Shown: positions 25,455-36,330 of the stretch, one piece after another
How the letters are laid out: every line of letters starts with the position of its first letter
How positions within the stretch are numbered: position 1 is the stretch's first letter
Assembly: GCA_964466945.1 (NCBI GenBank)
Contig: CAYXPA010000001.1
Location: 5,516-69,515, forward strand
DNA length: 64,000 nucleotides
From: an uncultured Verrucomicrobiota bacterium
Lineage (GTDB): Bacteria; Verrucomicrobiota; Verrucomicrobiia; Limisphaerales; J093
Direction: 5' to 3'
Position numbers and translations under genes: made by a program
The notes under the pieces: model-generated
The model's input: the letters and a program-made list of their open reading frames with translations, nothing else
Database searches by the model: none
Told to the model about the DNA's origin: nothing

Positions 25455-26738
25455 ATGAACCGTGCCCGCTCTGAAGCCCTGTTTGCCGAGGCGCTCCGTT
25501 ACCTGCCCGGCGGCGTCAACTCGCCCGTGCGCGCCTTCCGCGCCGTGGGCGGCCAGCCGTTTTTCGTGGACCGCGCGGCCGGGGCGCGGGTGTGGACGGT
25601 GGATGGGGAGGAACTGCTGGATTACGTGGGCACGTGGGGCCCGGCCATCCTGGGGCACGCGCATCCGGGCACGATCGCCGCGGTGAAGGCGGCTGCCGAG
25701 CGCGGCACCAGCTTCGGCATCCCCAATCCCCTCGAGGTGGCTCTGGCCCGGCGCATCTGCACCCAGGTGCCCGGGGTCCAAAAAGTCCGGCTTTGCAACT
25801 CCGGCACCGAGGCCTGCATGGCCGCCATCCGGCTGGCGCGCGGCTTCACCCGGCGGGACACCATCGTGAAGTTCGCCGGCTGCTACCACGGCCACGGCGA
25901 TGCGCTGCTGGTCAAGGCTGGCTCGGGCGCGCTCACCTTTGGGCACCCGGACAGCGCGGGCGTGCCGGCAGATTTCGCGCGGCACACGTTGGTGCTGCCC
26001 TTCAACGACCCCGAGGCCCTGCAGGCCGCGTTTGCCGCCCACGGCCCGAACCTCGCGGCGGTCATTCTCGAGTTGGTCCCTGCCAACGCCGGTCTGTACC
26101 TGCCGCAGCCGGGCTTCCTCGAAGGGCTCCGGCAACTGTGCACCCGGCATGGCACGGTGCTCATCGCCGACGAAGTGATGACCGGCTTCCGCCTCGGCCC
26201 CGCCGGCGCGCAGGGCCTCTACGGCCTGACGCCGGACCTCTCGACCTTCGGCAAAATCATCGGCGGCGGCCTGCCGGTGGGCGCCCTGGGCGGGCGGGCG
26301 GACATCATGGATTACCTGGCGCCGGTGGGACCGGTGTACCAGGCCGGCACGCTCAGCGGCAACCCGCTGGCCATGGCCGCCGGCCTGGCCACGCTGGAGG
26401 CGCTCGAAAACGCCCGTGCCTACGAGTACCTCGAGACCCTGGGCCAACAGCTCGAGACCGGTCTGAACGACGCGGCCCGCGCCGCCGGCGTGGCCGTGCG
26501 CGTGCAACGCCTGGGCTCGATGTTCTGCGCCTACTTCACCGACCAGCCGGTCTGGAATCTCGCCGATGCCCTGCGGGCCGACCGCGACCGCTTCGCCCGC
26601 TTCTTCCACGGCATGTTGGCGCGCGGCATTTATCTCGCGCCCTCCCAGTTCGAGGCGGGTTTCCTGAGCACCGCCCACACGCCGGCGGACATCGAGCGCA
26701 CCGTGCGCGCGGCGGCTGAAGTCTTCAAAACCCTCTGA
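25455..26738 (+). CDS. hemL: glutamate-1-semialdehyde 2,1-aminomutase
   Basis: LPGGVNSPVRAF, FIADEVMTGFR, and the FGKIIGGGLPVGA PLP-lysine context. ATG 25455 is preferred over the TTG at 25446 that opens the ORF. Confidence 0.95.
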   Translation: MNRARSEALFAEALRYLPGGVNSPVRAFRAVGGQPFFVDRAAGARVWTVDGEELLDYVGTWGPAILGHAHPGTIAAVKAAAERGTSFGIPNPLEVALARRICTQVPGVQKVRLCNSGTEACMAAIRLARGFTRRDTIVKFAGCYHGHGDALLVKAGSGALTFGHPDSAGVPADFARHTLVLPFNDPEALQAAFAAHGPNLAAVILELVPANAGLYLPQPGFLEGLRQLCTRHGTVLIADEVMTGFRLGPAGAQGLYGLTPDLSTFGKIIGGGLPVGALGGRADIMDYLAPVGPVYQAGTLSGNPLAMAAGLATLEALENARAYEYLETLGQQLETGLNDAARAAGVAVRVQRLGSMFCAYFTDQPVWNLADALRADRDRFARFFHGMLARGIYLAPSQFEAGFLSTAHTPADIERTVRAAAEVFKTL

Positions 26739-26742
26739 CCCC

Positions 26743-27159
26743 ATGCGCATCCTGGCCCTGGACCCCGGCACCGTGCGGATCGGCCTGGCCCTCAGCGACG
26801 AGCTGCACATGATCGCCTCGCCGCTGGAGTACGTGCCGGCCGAGCCGTTCGCCAAAGTGCTCGAACGACTCCGGCAACTGATCCGCGAAAAGGAGGTGGG
26901 CCTCATCCTCGTGGGCCTGCCGCGGAACATGGACGGCAGCTACGGCCCGGCCGCGCTCAAGGTGCAGGAGTTCGTGGCCGCCCTGCGCGCCGCCCTCACC
27001 GTACCCATCCAGACCTGGGACGAACGCCTGACCTCCGTGCAGGCCCAGCGTCTGCTCGTGGAGGGCGGCGTGCGCCGTCGCGACCGGAAGCAAAAAGTGG
27101 ACAAAATGGCCGCCGCGATTCTTCTGCAGTCCTATCTCGATGCCCGCTCCGGCGCCTAG
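26743..27159 (+). CDS. ruvX: Holliday-junction-resolvase-like pre-16S rRNA nuclease YqgF/RuvX
   Basis: MRILALDPGTVRIGLALSD..., GLPRNMDGS, DERLTS. Confidence 0.9.
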   Translation: MRILALDPGTVRIGLALSDELHMIASPLEYVPAEPFAKVLERLRQLIREKEVGLILVGLPRNMDGSYGPAALKVQEFVAALRAALTVPIQTWDERLTSVQAQRLLVEGGVRRRDRKQKVDKMAAAILLQSYLDARSGA

Positions 27160-27985
27160 CCCGCGCGCGGCCGCGGAGCCGGCGCGGAAATTCAAACTGG
27201 TCATCGCCTACGACGGCACCGCGTACGCCGGCTGGCAGGTTCAAAAAATCGGCGTCGGCGTGCAGGAAAAGGTCGAGGCCGCGCTGGCGCAGCTCTATCC
27301 CAGCCGGCCGCGCCTGCACAGCTCCAGCCGCACGGACACGGGCGTGCACGCGCTGGGACTGGTGGCCCACTTCTCGGTGCCCCGGGCCGAGGACCGCGTC
27401 TCCCCGCGCAAGCTGGTGCTGGCCCTCAACGCCTGGCTGCCTGCGGACATCCGCGTGCTCGAGGCCCGCCGCGCCCGGCCGGACTTCCACGCGCGCTTCG
27501 ACGCCACCGGCAAGCAGTACCGCTATTTTGTCTGGAACCATCCGGCCATGAACCCGCTCTTGCGCCACACGGCCTGGCACGTCCCGCGCAAGCTGGACCT
27601 GGCCGCCATGCGCGAGGCCGCCCGGCGGCTTTGCGGCCGGCACGATTTCCGCGCCTTCACCGCCAATCCCGGTTACGCCCGCGCCTCGACCGTACGCACG
27701 CTGCGGCGCTGCGCGATTCACCGGCGCGGGCCGCTGCTGACCTTCGTGCTCGAAGGCGACGGGTTCCTCTACAAGATGTGCCGCGGCCTCGTGGGCACGC
27801 TGGTCCAGGTGGGGCTGGGCAAATTCACCCCCGCCGCGGTGGGCGAACTCCTGGCCGGCCGCGACCGCGCGCAGGCCGGCATGACCGCCCCCGCCCACGG
27901 CCTGGTGCTGTGGAAGGTGTTTTACGGACGGCGGGCCAAGCGCGCGGCCGCGGCTGCCGCGGACGAGACCGAGCTTGAAGGTTGA
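27140..27985 (+). CDS. truA: tRNA pseudouridine(38-40) synthase
   Basis: FKLVIAYDGTAYAGWQVQ, SSSRTDTGVHA (catalytic Asp) and GDGFLYKMCR. Overlaps ruvX by 20 nt. Confidence 0.9.
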   Translation: MPAPAPSPRAAAEPARKFKLVIAYDGTAYAGWQVQKIGVGVQEKVEAALAQLYPSRPRLHSSSRTDTGVHALGLVAHFSVPRAEDRVSPRKLVLALNAWLPADIRVLEARRARPDFHARFDATGKQYRYFVWNHPAMNPLLRHTAWHVPRKLDLAAMREAARRLCGRHDFRAFTANPGYARASTVRTLRRCAIHRRGPLLTFVLEGDGFLYKMCRGLVGTLVQVGLGKFTPAAVGELLAGRDRAQAGMTAPAHGLVLWKVFYGRRAKRAAAAAADETELEG

Positions 27986-27988
27986 GCC

Positions 27989-28468
27989 ATGCCGCCCGCG
28001 GTCCTGCACGTGGTGTTGGTGGAGCCGGAGATCGCGCCCAACACGGGCAACATCGCCCGCCTGTGCGCCGCCACGCACGCCGTGCTGCACCTCATCGAGC
28101 CGCTGGGCTTTCGGCTGGACGACGCCCAGTTGCGCCGCGCCGGCATGGATTACTGGCGTCAGGTCACCTGGCAACGCTGGCCGGGTTGGCCGGCCTTCGC
28201 CCGGGCGCTCCCCGCCGGGGCGCGGCTCTGGTTGGTGGAGCAGGGCGGGCCGCGCCGCTATACCGAGGCGCGGTTTGCGCCGGGCGACTATCTCGTCTTC
28301 GGCCGAGAGACCGCCGGATTGCCGCGCGCCTTGCTCGAGGAATACCGCGCGCATTGGCTGCGGGTGCCGATGTTCAATCCCGCGGCGCGGTCGCTGAACC
28401 TGGCCAACTGCGTGGCGCTGGTGCTTTACGAGGCGCTGCGCCAGCAGGGGTTCCCGGGTGAAGTATGA
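27989..28468 (+). CDS. trmL: tRNA (cytidine/uridine-2'-O)-methyltransferase, SpoU/TrmL type
   Basis: LHVVLVEPEIAPNTGNIARLCAAT..., LVFGRETAGL and SLNLANCVALVLYEALRQ follow the SPOUT knot motif order. Confidence 0.9.
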   Translation: MPPAVLHVVLVEPEIAPNTGNIARLCAATHAVLHLIEPLGFRLDDAQLRRAGMDYWRQVTWQRWPGWPAFARALPAGARLWLVEQGGPRRYTEARFAPGDYLVFGRETAGLPRALLEEYRAHWLRVPMFNPAARSLNLANCVALVLYEALRQQGFPGEV

Positions 28469-28515
28469 TGCGGCGCCAAGGCGGCGGTGGCGCAAGGCCG
28501 CGGCCGCGCCGCGTG

Positions 28516-30591
28516 CTACGTGGAAGCCGCCCGTAGTGTCGCGGCCAACTCGGCGGGGTTCTGAATCGGCGGCCGGCACGTCGTGCCCACGCACACGTAG
28601 GCGGTGGCCCGGCCGTCGCAGGCGGGGAGGGTGGTGGCAAAGGCCTCGGCGGGCGGCTGGTTGCCCAACACGACGCGGTGCGGCGCGAAGACCCGGTGTG
28701 CCGCGGCCAGGAGCTCCGCCCGGCCGGCGGCGTCGCGGTCGCCGGCGATGACCACGCGTACGCGTTTACCTTGGAGGAAGTCCAGCGCGGCGAGCATCGC
28801 GGGCAGGGCCTCGGGCAGGCGGCGCAGGCGCTCGGCGAAGAGACGCAGCGTGCCTTCGGCCAGTTCGCGCAGGTCCGCGCGGCCGGTCATTTCGGCCAGG
28901 CGCAACAGGCCCAGGGCGGCGGTGGAGTTGCCCGCGGGCTCGGCGCCGTCGTAGGCGTCTTTCACCCGCAGGATGAGGTCGCCGGCCTGGGGCGGCGCCT
29001 GCCAGAAACCGCCGTGGACCGGGTCGTAAAAGCGGGTGCGGAGGGCCTCGGCCAGTTGCAGGGCGAAGGCGAGGTGTTGCGGGTCCAGCGTGGCCTCGTA
29101 CAGGTCGAGCACGCCACCCAGGAGGAAGGCGTGGTCCTCGAGCAATTGCGTGGAATCGCGTTCGCCCTCGCGCCAGCGGTGGTAGAGCGTGGCGGTGTCG
29201 GCGTCCCAGAGCCGGCTTTTAAGGAAGGCCAGCGCGCGCTCGGCGGCGGCCAAGTAGGCGGGTTCGCCCAGCACCACGCTCGCCCGGGCGAAGGCGCCGA
29301 GCATCAGGCCGTTCCAGGAGGTCAGCACCTTGTCGTCTCGCAACGGGCGCACGCGGCGGGCGCGGGCGGCGAGGAGGGTCTTTTGGGCGGCGCGCAGCAG
29401 TTCAGCTTCGGCCGGAGTGAGGTCGGGGTCGGCCACGTGGAGGACGTTTTGGCCGGGCAGGGGCTCGGGGTCGCTGTGGTCTACGAAATTGCCCTGGGCC
29501 GTGACGCCGTAGTAGCGCGCGGCCACGGCGAATTGGTCCGGCGGCAACAACGCCTGCATCTCGGCCAGCGTCCAGCAGTAAAACTTGCCTTCCTTGCCCT
29601 CGCTGTCGGCGTCTTCGGCCGAGCAGAAGCCGCCCTCGGGCAGGGTCATGTCGCGCCGCACGTACTCGAGGAGGTCGCGCACGACCGAGGCGTAACGCAG
29701 CTCACCGCTGACCAAGAAGGCGTCCAGGTAGAGCTGGGCGAGCTGGGGGTTGTCGTAAAGCATCTTCTCGAAGTGCGGCACCTGCCAGGCGGCGTCCACG
29801 GCGTACCGGGCAAAGCCGCCGCCGAGCTGGTCGTGGATGCCGCCCGCCGCCATGCGGTCGCAGGTGTGCAGGACCATGCGGCGTGCCTCGGCGTCGCCGG
29901 TGCGGTGGGCCCAGCGCAGCAAGCAGGCCGGTTGGCTGGGGCGGGGAAACTTGGGTGCGCCGCCGAAGCCGCCGTGTTCGGGGTCGTACTGCGCCTTGAA
30001 GCGCGCGGCGGCGTGGTCGAGGACCTCGGGGCCGGGCAGGTCCGGGCCGGCCGGCTCGAAATGCAGTGACTGGCCGAGTTGTTGGAGGAGCACTTCGGCC
30101 GATTCGCGCAGGTCAGCCCGGCGGGTTTGCCAGAGCCGGTGGAGTTGTTCGAGTACGTCGAGGAAGCCGGCTCGTCCATGCCGGCCGCGGGGCGGGAAGT
30201 AGGTGCCGCCGAAAAACGGCTTGCGCTCGGGGGTCAGGAAAACGCTCAGCGGCCAGCCGCCGTTGCCGGTGGTGGCCTGGACGAAGGTCATGTAAATCTG
30301 GTCCACGTCCGGGCGTTCCTCGCGGTCCACCTTGATGCTGACAAAGTGGGCGTTGAGGAAACGCGCCACCTCGGGGTCCTCGAAGGACTCGCGTTCCATG
30401 ACGTGGCACCAGTGGCAGGTCGCGTAGCCGATGCTCAGGAACACGGGTTTGTCCTCGGCGCGGGCGCGGGCGAAGGCCTCCTCGCCCCACGGGTACCAGT
30501 CCACCGGGTTGTGCTGGTGCTGGAGCAGGTAAGGCGATTTTTCGCGCGCCAGGCGGTTGACAGGGCGGGGCGGCTGGTTCGTAGCGTTCAA
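28516..30591 (-). CDS. thioredoxin-domain protein, DUF255/YyaL (SSP411-like) family
   Basis: [43 protein letters not shown], then an (alpha/alpha)6 epimerase-like body ending ..CVGTTCRPP. There is no in-frame ATG. The probable start is TTG 30591 (M)[13 protein letters not shown]. The upstream 1100 codons of ORF 28516..33900 are antisense to the cox operon. Confidence 0.85.
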   Translation of the reverse strand: MNATNQPPRPVNRLAREKSPYLLQHQHNPVDWYPWGEEAFARARAEDKPVFLSIGYATCHWCHVMERESFEDPEVARFLNAHFVSIKVDREERPDVDQIYMTFVQATTGNGGWPLSVFLTPERKPFFGGTYFPPRGRHGRAGFLDVLEQLHRLWQTRRADLRESAEVLLQQLGQSLHFEPAGPDLPGPEVLDHAAARFKAQYDPEHGGFGGAPKFPRPSQPACLLRWAHRTGDAEARRMVLHTCDRMAAGGIHDQLGGGFARYAVDAAWQVPHFEKMLYDNPQLAQLYLDAFLVSGELRYASVVRDLLEYVRRDMTLPEGGFCSAEDADSEGKEGKFYCWTLAEMQALLPPDQFAVAARYYGVTAQGNFVDHSDPEPLPGQNVLHVADPDLTPAEAELLRAAQKTLLAARARRVRPLRDDKVLTSWNGLMLGAFARASVVLGEPAYLAAAERALAFLKSRLWDADTATLYHRWREGERDSTQLLEDHAFLLGGVLDLYEATLDPQHLAFALQLAEALRTRFYDPVHGGFWQAPPQAGDLILRVKDAYDGAEPAGNSTAALGLLRLAEMTGRADLRELAEGTLRLFAERLRRLPEALPAMLAALDFLQGKRVRVVIAGDRDAAGRAELLAAAHRVFAPHRVVLGNQPPAEAFATTLPACDGRATAYVCVGTTCRPPIQNPAELAATLRAAST

Positions 30592-30715
30592 GGCGGGGGA
30601 GGTTAGCCGGGCGGGGGCGGTGCGGCAAATCGCACCGCGGCGGCGGGGCGCTGGTGCATAAGCGTGCGCTGGATTTGCTTGCGGGACGCGAAGCAAGGAT
30701 TGCCGCGCGGACCGG

Positions 30716-30744
30716 TTGACACCTGCCGGGACGGGCACTAGGCT
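30716..30744 (+). promoter_or_regulatory. candidate sigma70-type promoter for the cytochrome oxidase operon
   Basis: TTGACA (30716-30721), a 17-nt spacer, then TAGGCT (30739-30744), about 120 nt upstream of the ctaD ATG. It is followed by the overlapping hairpins GCAAC-attg-GTTGC and GTTGCC-ctcgg-GGCAAC (30751-30777). This is a pattern match only. Confidence 0.3.
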
Positions 30745-30864
30745 GCGCGCGCAACATTGGTTGCCCTCGGGGCAACAATAGAGGCCAAAGCCGGTCGGCA
30801 CAGGCGGCAAAGCGGGCAGGCAGGACAACGCCGACGGCGGCCCGTGCTTTCGGCAGAAATACCT

Positions 30865-32712
30865 ATGGCAGGAACCATCGCCTCCGCGAGCGAGCACCAC
30901 GCGCCTCAGAGTTTCTGGCGGCGCTACATCTTTTCCACCGACCACAAGGTGGTGGGCATCCAGTACGGGCTGACCGCGCTGGTGTTTTTGTTCATCGGGT
31001 ACGGGTTGATGGCGCTGATGCGCTGGCAGCTCGCTTACCCGGGTCAGCCGATCCCGGTTTTCGGCAAGCTGCTGCTGGCGGTGTTGGGCCCGGACATGGC
31101 GGACAAGGGCATCATGTCGCCGGACCTGTACAACTCGTTCGGGGCGATGCACGGCACCATCATGGTCTTTCTGGCGATCGTGCCGCTGGCGGCCGGGGCC
31201 TTTGGCAACTACGTGGTGCCGCTGCAAATCGGCGCGCCGGACATGGCCTTCCCGCGGCTGAACATGATGAGCTACTGGGTCTATTTCTGCGGCGGGGTCA
31301 TCATGCTGGTGAGCTTTTTCATCCCGGGCGGCGCGGCCAAGTCGGGGTGGACCTCGTACTCGCCGCTGGCCACAGTGACGGACGCAGGGTACCTGATCAA
31401 CGGGCAAACCTTGTGGCTGATCGGGATGGTGTTTTTGATCACTTCGTCGTTGCTCGGCTCGATCAACATCATCACCACCATCACGCAATTGCGCGCCCGG
31501 GGTTTGGGATGGATGCGGCTGCCGTTTTTCGTGTGGGCGCAGTTGGTGACCGCCTTCATCCTGCTGCTGGCCTTTCCGCCGCTGGAGGCGGCGGGGGTGT
31601 TGCAATTGTGCGACAACCTGTTCGGCAGCTCGTTTTTCCTGCCGACCGGTCTGGTGGTGGGCGGCAAGCCGCTCGAAGTCAGCGGCGGGGGCAGTCCGCT
31701 GTTGTGGCAGCACCTGTTTTGGTTCCTGGCGCATCCGGAGGTGTACGTGTTGATCCTGCCGGCGATGGGGATCGTGGCTGAGGTGCTGGCCAACAACACC
31801 CGCAAGCCGTTGTTCGGGTACAAGTCGCTGGTGTACTCGGCGATGGCCATCGGGTTTATTTCCTTCCTGGTGTGGGCGCACCACATGTACCTGACCGGCA
31901 TGGGCGCCAAGATCAGCACCTTCTTCCAGACCACCACTATGCTGATCTCGATTCCGTCGGTGATCATCCTGACCACCCTGATGCTCACGCTCTGGGGCGG
32001 TTCGATCCGCTTCAACACCCCGATGCTCTTCGCGCTGGCCTTCCTGCCGATGTTCGGCATCGGCGGGCTCACCGGCCTGCCGCTGGGCTTCAGCGCGACG
32101 GATATCCACCTGCACGACACCTATTACGTGATCGGGCATTTCCATTACGTGGTGGCGCCGGGCACGATCTTCGCGCTCTTTGCCGGGATTTACTACTGGT
32201 ACCCCAAGGTGACCGGACGGCTGATGAACGAGTCCTGGGGCAAGGTGCATTTCGCGTTGTCGCTGGTGTTCATGAACCTGGTGTTTATGCCCATGTTCAT
32301 TCAGGGCCTCGAGGGTATGCACCGGCGCATGTACAACGGCGGTGCGACCTACGCCGCGGGGCCGGACGTGGCCTACGGCCTCTCGCTGGCGCTCAAACTC
32401 AACGTCGGCATCTCCCACGCCGCGTGGTTGCTCGGGCTGGCGCAGGTGCCCTTCATCGTCAACTTCTTCTGGAGCCTGTTCCGCGGCAAACGGGTCGAAT
32501 CGGACAACCCCTGGCAGGCGACCACCTTGGAATGGGCCACGCCCACGCCGCCCCCGCACGGAAACTTCCTTGAAGAGCCGGTCGTTTGCCGCGGCCCCTA
32601 CGAATACGTGCCCGACGCGACCGGCCGGGATTTTCAGCCGCAAAACGCGCCCGGCACGACGCCGGTGCGCCCGTCCGCGCCCGCCCTGGCGCCGCAGACC
32701 CAGCCCGCCTGA
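30865..32712 (+). CDS. ctaD: cytochrome c oxidase subunit I
   Basis: [33 protein letters not shown] and [13 protein letters not shown] are the haem-copper oxidase signatures. Start is ATG 30865. Confidence 0.95.
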   Translation: MAGTIASASEHHAPQSFWRRYIFSTDHKVVGIQYGLTALVFLFIGYGLMALMRWQLAYPGQPIPVFGKLLLAVLGPDMADKGIMSPDLYNSFGAMHGTIMVFLAIVPLAAGAFGNYVVPLQIGAPDMAFPRLNMMSYWVYFCGGVIMLVSFFIPGGAAKSGWTSYSPLATVTDAGYLINGQTLWLIGMVFLITSSLLGSINIITTITQLRARGLGWMRLPFFVWAQLVTAFILLLAFPPLEAAGVLQLCDNLFGSSFFLPTGLVVGGKPLEVSGGGSPLLWQHLFWFLAHPEVYVLILPAMGIVAEVLANNTRKPLFGYKSLVYSAMAIGFISFLVWAHHMYLTGMGAKISTFFQTTTMLISIPSVIILTTLMLTLWGGSIRFNTPMLFALAFLPMFGIGGLTGLPLGFSATDIHLHDTYYVIGHFHYVVAPGTIFALFAGIYYWYPKVTGRLMNESWGKVHFALSLVFMNLVFMPMFIQGLEGMHRRMYNGGATYAAGPDVAYGLSLALKLNVGISHAAWLLGLAQVPFIVNFFWSLFRGKRVESDNPWQATTLEWATPTPPPHGNFLEEPVVCRGPYEYVPDATGRDFQPQNAPGTTPVRPSAPALAPQTQPA

Positions 32713-32715
32713 GCC

Positions 32716-33555
32716 ATGAGCGCCCACGCCCACGCCCACGCGATGACCATCCCCCACACGGTCGAGCCGCGACCGGACACCGGCCTGTACAACGCGCGGC
32801 TGGGCCTGTGGTTGTTTCTGGCCTCGGAGGTGATGCTCTTTGGCGCGTTGTTCTCGTCGTACATCCTCTTGCGGGTGGGCGCCGAGACCTGGCCGCAGCG
32901 GCAACTGAGCATCCCCCTGGGCACGCTGAACACGTTTGTGCTGATCCTGTCCAGCATCTCGGTGGTGATGGCCTGGCTGTCGCTCAAGCGCAAAGATTTC
33001 GGCCGGTTCAAGCTCTGGCAGGGCGCCACGGTGCTCTTGGCGTTGCTGTTCATCACGGTCAAGAGCTTCGAGTACCACGACAAGTTCACGCATTACTACG
33101 TGCAAACCCGCGACGGTCGGGAAATGACCGGCCATCTCGAGGGCAAGCCGTTCAACCTGAGCCTGGCGCGGCTGCAGGCGCTGCCCAACCCGCCCGCCGA
33201 AATCACCTTTCACCCCGATGCGCCCGCCCACGGCCCTGCTGCCGCCCACGGCCACGCCGCCGGCCCGGCCGCCCACCCCGAGCCGCTCCGGCTCAAGCTC
33301 GCCGACCTGGTCAAGCTCGAGGCCTTCGGCCCGTGGCGGGGCACGTTCTACGCGATTTATTTCGTGCTCACCGGCCTGCACGCGCTGCACGTCCTCGGCG
33401 GCATCCTCGTGCTGGGGTACTTCTGGGGGCCGGGCAGTCGGATGTGGTTCACCGAGCCGGAGCGGTTCACCAATCGCATCGAGGTAGCCGGCCTGTACTG
33501 GCACTTTGTCGAACTGGTCTGGATTTTCCTCTTCCCCACCCTGTACCTGCTTTGA
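32716..33555 (+). CDS. ctaE: cytochrome c oxidase subunit III with a ~80-aa His/Ala/Pro-rich insertion
   Basis: [18 protein letters not shown].. at the N-terminus and [18 protein letters not shown] at the C-terminus are subunit III hallmarks. Between the helices lies [20 protein letters not shown]...[25 protein letters not shown]. Confidence 0.85.
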   Translation: MSAHAHAHAMTIPHTVEPRPDTGLYNARLGLWLFLASEVMLFGALFSSYILLRVGAETWPQRQLSIPLGTLNTFVLILSSISVVMAWLSLKRKDFGRFKLWQGATVLLALLFITVKSFEYHDKFTHYYVQTRDGREMTGHLEGKPFNLSLARLQALPNPPAEITFHPDAPAHGPAAAHGHAAGPAAHPEPLRLKLADLVKLEAFGPWRGTFYAIYFVLTGLHALHVLGGILVLGYFWGPGSRMWFTEPERFTNRIEVAGLYWHFVELVWIFLFPTLYLL

Positions 33556-33558
33556 GTC

Positions 33559-33882
33559 ATGACCTCGCCCGTTGAACCCCGCTCCGACACCGCTCCGGAA
33601 AGCTCGGCCCACCGGCACAAGCTGATCCTCGCCGCGCTGGTCGCCTGCACGTTGGTCATGGTCACCCTGGCCCTGCTGCCGCTGGGCACGGGCCTGAAGG
33701 TTGGTCTGGTGCTCACCGTCGCCACGCTCGAAGCGGGCCTGGTGGCCGGCGTGCTCATGCACCTGGTCGAGGAGCGCAAACTCATCGTCAGCATCCTGGT
33801 CCTCACCGGCATCTTTTTTGTGAGTTTGCTCCTGCTGCCGATTCTTTCCGAAGTGGACCACGCCCGGCACTTCTTCAAATAG
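33559..33882 (+). CDS. cytochrome c oxidase subunit IV (prokaryotic COX4 family)
   Basis: 107 aa with three TM helices and the MHLVEERK motif typical of bacterial subunit IV, positioned directly after subunit III. Confidence 0.7.
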   Translation: MTSPVEPRSDTAPESSAHRHKLILAALVACTLVMVTLALLPLGTGLKVGLVLTVATLEAGLVAGVLMHLVEERKLIVSILVLTGIFFVSLLLLPILSEVDHARHFFK

Positions 33883-33889
33883 CCCGGCC

Positions 33890-34096
33890 ATGTCGCTCAA
33901 AGCCTTTCACCTCGTGTTCGTGATTTCGACCATTCTGCTGTGCTTCGGGTTTGGCGCCTGGGCCATTCACGACCGCCTGCAGGGCGGTGGGGCGGTCGAG
34001 TTTGTGCTCGGGCTGCTGGCGCTGGCCGGGGGGCTGGCCATGATCGTGTACTTCAAGGCGGTGCTCAAAAAGCTCCGCGACATCAGCCTGTATTGA
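33890..34096 (+). CDS. small two-TM membrane protein in the cox operon
   Basis: [62 protein letters not shown]. Tightly packed between coxIV and the next ORF. No family recognised. Confidence 0.4.
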   Translation: MSLKAFHLVFVISTILLCFGFGAWAIHDRLQGGGAVEFVLGLLALAGGLAMIVYFKAVLKKLRDISLY

Positions 34097-34100
34097 GCCC

Positions 34101-34373
34101 ATGAAACGGGTCCGTCTCTTCCTGAACGCCGCTGCGGGCGCGGGGCTCTGGAGCCCGGCGGCGCTGGCTTGCGTCACCTGCTTCGGGCGCTCGGATTCGC
34201 CCCTGGCCGAGGGCATGAACATGGGCATCCTCTTCCTGCTGGGCGTGGTGCTGGCGGTGCTGGCCGCGCTGACCTGCTTCTTTGTGTATCTGGGGCGCCG
34301 CGCGGCCGCGGCCGCGAATGCCGACGCTCCCGCGCCCGCCAACGCTTCCGACTCGCCGACATGCAAGACCTGA
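34101..34373 (+). CDS. small membrane protein with signal-like N-terminus, CxxC motif and one TM helix, in the cox operon
   Basis: MKRVRLFLNAAAGAGLWSPAALACVTCFGRSDSPLAEGMNMGILFLLGVVLAVLAALTCFFVYL. Overlaps the coxB start by 13 nt. Confidence 0.45.
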   Translation: MKRVRLFLNAAAGAGLWSPAALACVTCFGRSDSPLAEGMNMGILFLLGVVLAVLAALTCFFVYLGRRAAAAANADAPAPANASDSPTCKT

Positions 34374-35140
34374 TCATCAAACTGCTGCACCTGCCTCCGC
34401 TGGCCTCCGAACATGGCGCCCAGGTGGACCGCCTCCTGTTTTTCGTCCACCTGCTCATGGTGGTGCTGTTTGTCGGCTGGGGCGTGTTTTTCCTCTACAC
34501 GGTCTGGCGTTACCGCCAGCGCAAGCATCCCCGGCCGGATACCGTGGGCGTGCGCGGGCATCTTTCGAGCTACCTCGAAGTGGGCGTGGCGGGCGTTGAG
34601 GCGTTGCTCCTGATCGGCCTGGCTGTGCCCATTTGGGCCCGCACCGCGTCGGCCGGCAACTTCCCCAAACCCGAGGAATCCACCGTCCTTCGCGTCATCG
34701 GTCGGCAGTTCAACTGGATCGCCCGGTACCCGGGGCCCGACGGCGTTTTCGGCCGCGGCGACGCGCGTTACGTGTCCCAGCAAAACCCGCTGGGCATGGA
34801 CCCCGAGGACCCCGCGGGCAAGGACGACATCGTGGTCGAGTCGAGCGAGGTGGTTGTGCCGGTGGGCAAGCCGGTCATTGCCTATGTCTCGTCGCTGGAC
34901 GTGATCCACGGTTTCGCGGTCAAGCCGCTGCGCGTGTCCTACGACGCGATTCCCGGCCTGAGCAATCCCACCTGGTTCACCCCCACGCGCGAGGGCACCT
35001 TCCTCATCACCTGCTCCCAGCTTTGCGGCAACGGCCACTCGAACATGCGCGGGTTGTTGCGGGTGGTGAAACCGGAGGAATTCGCGACCTACCTCAAGAG
35101 CAAGGCGCCCAGTGCGGGCGGACCGGTCAGCTACGAGTAG
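34361..35140 (+). CDS. ctaC: cytochrome c oxidase subunit II (CuA cupredoxin, no fused cytochrome c)
   Basis: Two N-terminal TM helices, then DVIHGFAV and CSQLCGNGHSNM (CuA ligands). Start is ATG 34361 inside ORF 34169..35140. Confidence 0.9.
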   Translation: MQDLIIKLLHLPPLASEHGAQVDRLLFFVHLLMVVLFVGWGVFFLYTVWRYRQRKHPRPDTVGVRGHLSSYLEVGVAGVEALLLIGLAVPIWARTASAGNFPKPEESTVLRVIGRQFNWIARYPGPDGVFGRGDARYVSQQNPLGMDPEDPAGKDDIVVESSEVVVPVGKPVIAYVSSLDVIHGFAVKPLRVSYDAIPGLSNPTWFTPTREGTFLITCSQLCGNGHSNMRGLLRVVKPEEFATYLKSKAPSAGGPVSYE

Positions 35141-35198
35141 TTGCCCCGGCCCACCGACCCGCCGCGAGGCCGGCGCGCCTCTCCGGTAAAACTGGCGT

Positions 35199-36245
35199 TC
35201 AGCCCAGCCCGGCCATGTCGGGCTCCCGCAAGAGTTCCGGCCCGCGTTCCAAAAAGGCCAGGGCCCGCGCCTCGAGCTCCGCCGCGGTGCGCGCGGCCTG
35301 ACTGGCCCGGAACAACTCGTGGCCGAACCGGAAATTGCGGGCGAAATACGCGGTGAAAGTCTGCAGTCGAGGAAAGACCTCCGCCTTGGGGAAGTCCTCG
35401 CGCACGTAAGCCAAAAACCGCCGCCACGTTTCCAGCGGGTCCGGCATGAACCCCGGGTCCGTCCAGGCGCGAAACGCCCACGGCTGCACCGCCGCCCGGC
35501 GGCCCACCAGGATGCCGGCCACGCCCGCCAGCGCGCCCGCCTGACGCCGCACGGTGGCGGCGTCGTGCAGGTCCCCGCTGGCCAGCAACGGCAGGCTGGT
35601 CCGGGCGACCAGTTCGGGAAACAACTCGTGCCGCGCCCGGCGTTTCAACTTCTCGTCGGTGAAGCGCGGATGGAGAATCACCGCGTCCACGCCGCAGTCG
35701 GCGAAGAGCGCCAGGCGGTCCAGCAGCGTTTCCCGCCAGTCCGGCGCCGGCCGGCCCAGCCGGATTTTTACCGTCAACACGCCCGGCCATGCGCGGCGCA
35801 ACGCCCGCAACACGCCCTCCAGCCGCGGGCGGTCAGCGAAGAGCTCACATCCGGCGCCACGGTGGCGGATTTTGGGGGCGGGGCAGGCGCAGTTGAGGTC
35901 CAGCGCATCCGGTCGCCACACGGCCAGCCGCTCGATCGCCGGGGCGGCGGTCTCCGGCTCGGTGACCATGAGCTGGTAGATGACCCTCCCCTCGGCGGGT
36001 CGGCGCTTGAGCGTGGGCGATTGCCGGACATCCTCGCGCAGCAGCCAGCGCGCGCAGATCATTTCGGTGAACAGCGCGCCGGGCCCGCCGAAATCCGCCA
36101 CCAGCCGGCGAAACGCGCTGTGCGTCACCCCGGCCATCGGCGCGCAAAACCGGGCCGGCGCGAAGGTGAGACCACGCAGCGTCAGCGGGCCGGCTCCCGG
36201 CTCCGGAGTCGTCGCCGTTGGCGCTGGCAGAGCCGCGGTGGGCAT
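35199..36245 (-). CDS. tRNA-dihydrouridine synthase
   Basis: FCAPMAGVTHSAFRRL, DLNCACPAPK (catalytic Cys), VKIRLG and HPRF follow the Dus TIM-barrel motif order. Confidence 0.9.
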   Translation of the reverse strand: MPTAALPAPTATTPEPGAGPLTLRGLTFAPARFCAPMAGVTHSAFRRLVADFGGPGALFTEMICARWLLREDVRQSPTLKRRPAEGRVIYQLMVTEPETAAPAIERLAVWRPDALDLNCACPAPKIRHRGAGCELFADRPRLEGVLRALRRAWPGVLTVKIRLGRPAPDWRETLLDRLALFADCGVDAVILHPRFTDEKLKRRARHELFPELVARTSLPLLASGDLHDAATVRRQAGALAGVAGILVGRRAAVQPWAFRAWTDPGFMPDPLETWRRFLAYVREDFPKAEVFPRLQTFTAYFARNFRFGHELFRASQAARTAAELEARALAFLERGPELLREPDMAGLG

Positions 36246-36330
36246 GGTTCAGACCGGTCCGAACTGACCGCTCCGATGGGTCTGCCCGGTGGAGCCTGTG
36301 CTGGGCAGGCCGGTGAACGAAATGGCCACG

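Noticed and set aside
30592-33900. Upstream 1100 codons of the 1794-aa minus-strand ORF 28516..33900
   Set aside because: This part is antisense to cytochrome oxidase subunits I, III and IV, which have unmistakable motifs. Only the 3' 691 codons (the DUF255 thioredoxin-domain protein) look real. The translation upstream is Gly/Arg/His/Gln junk.
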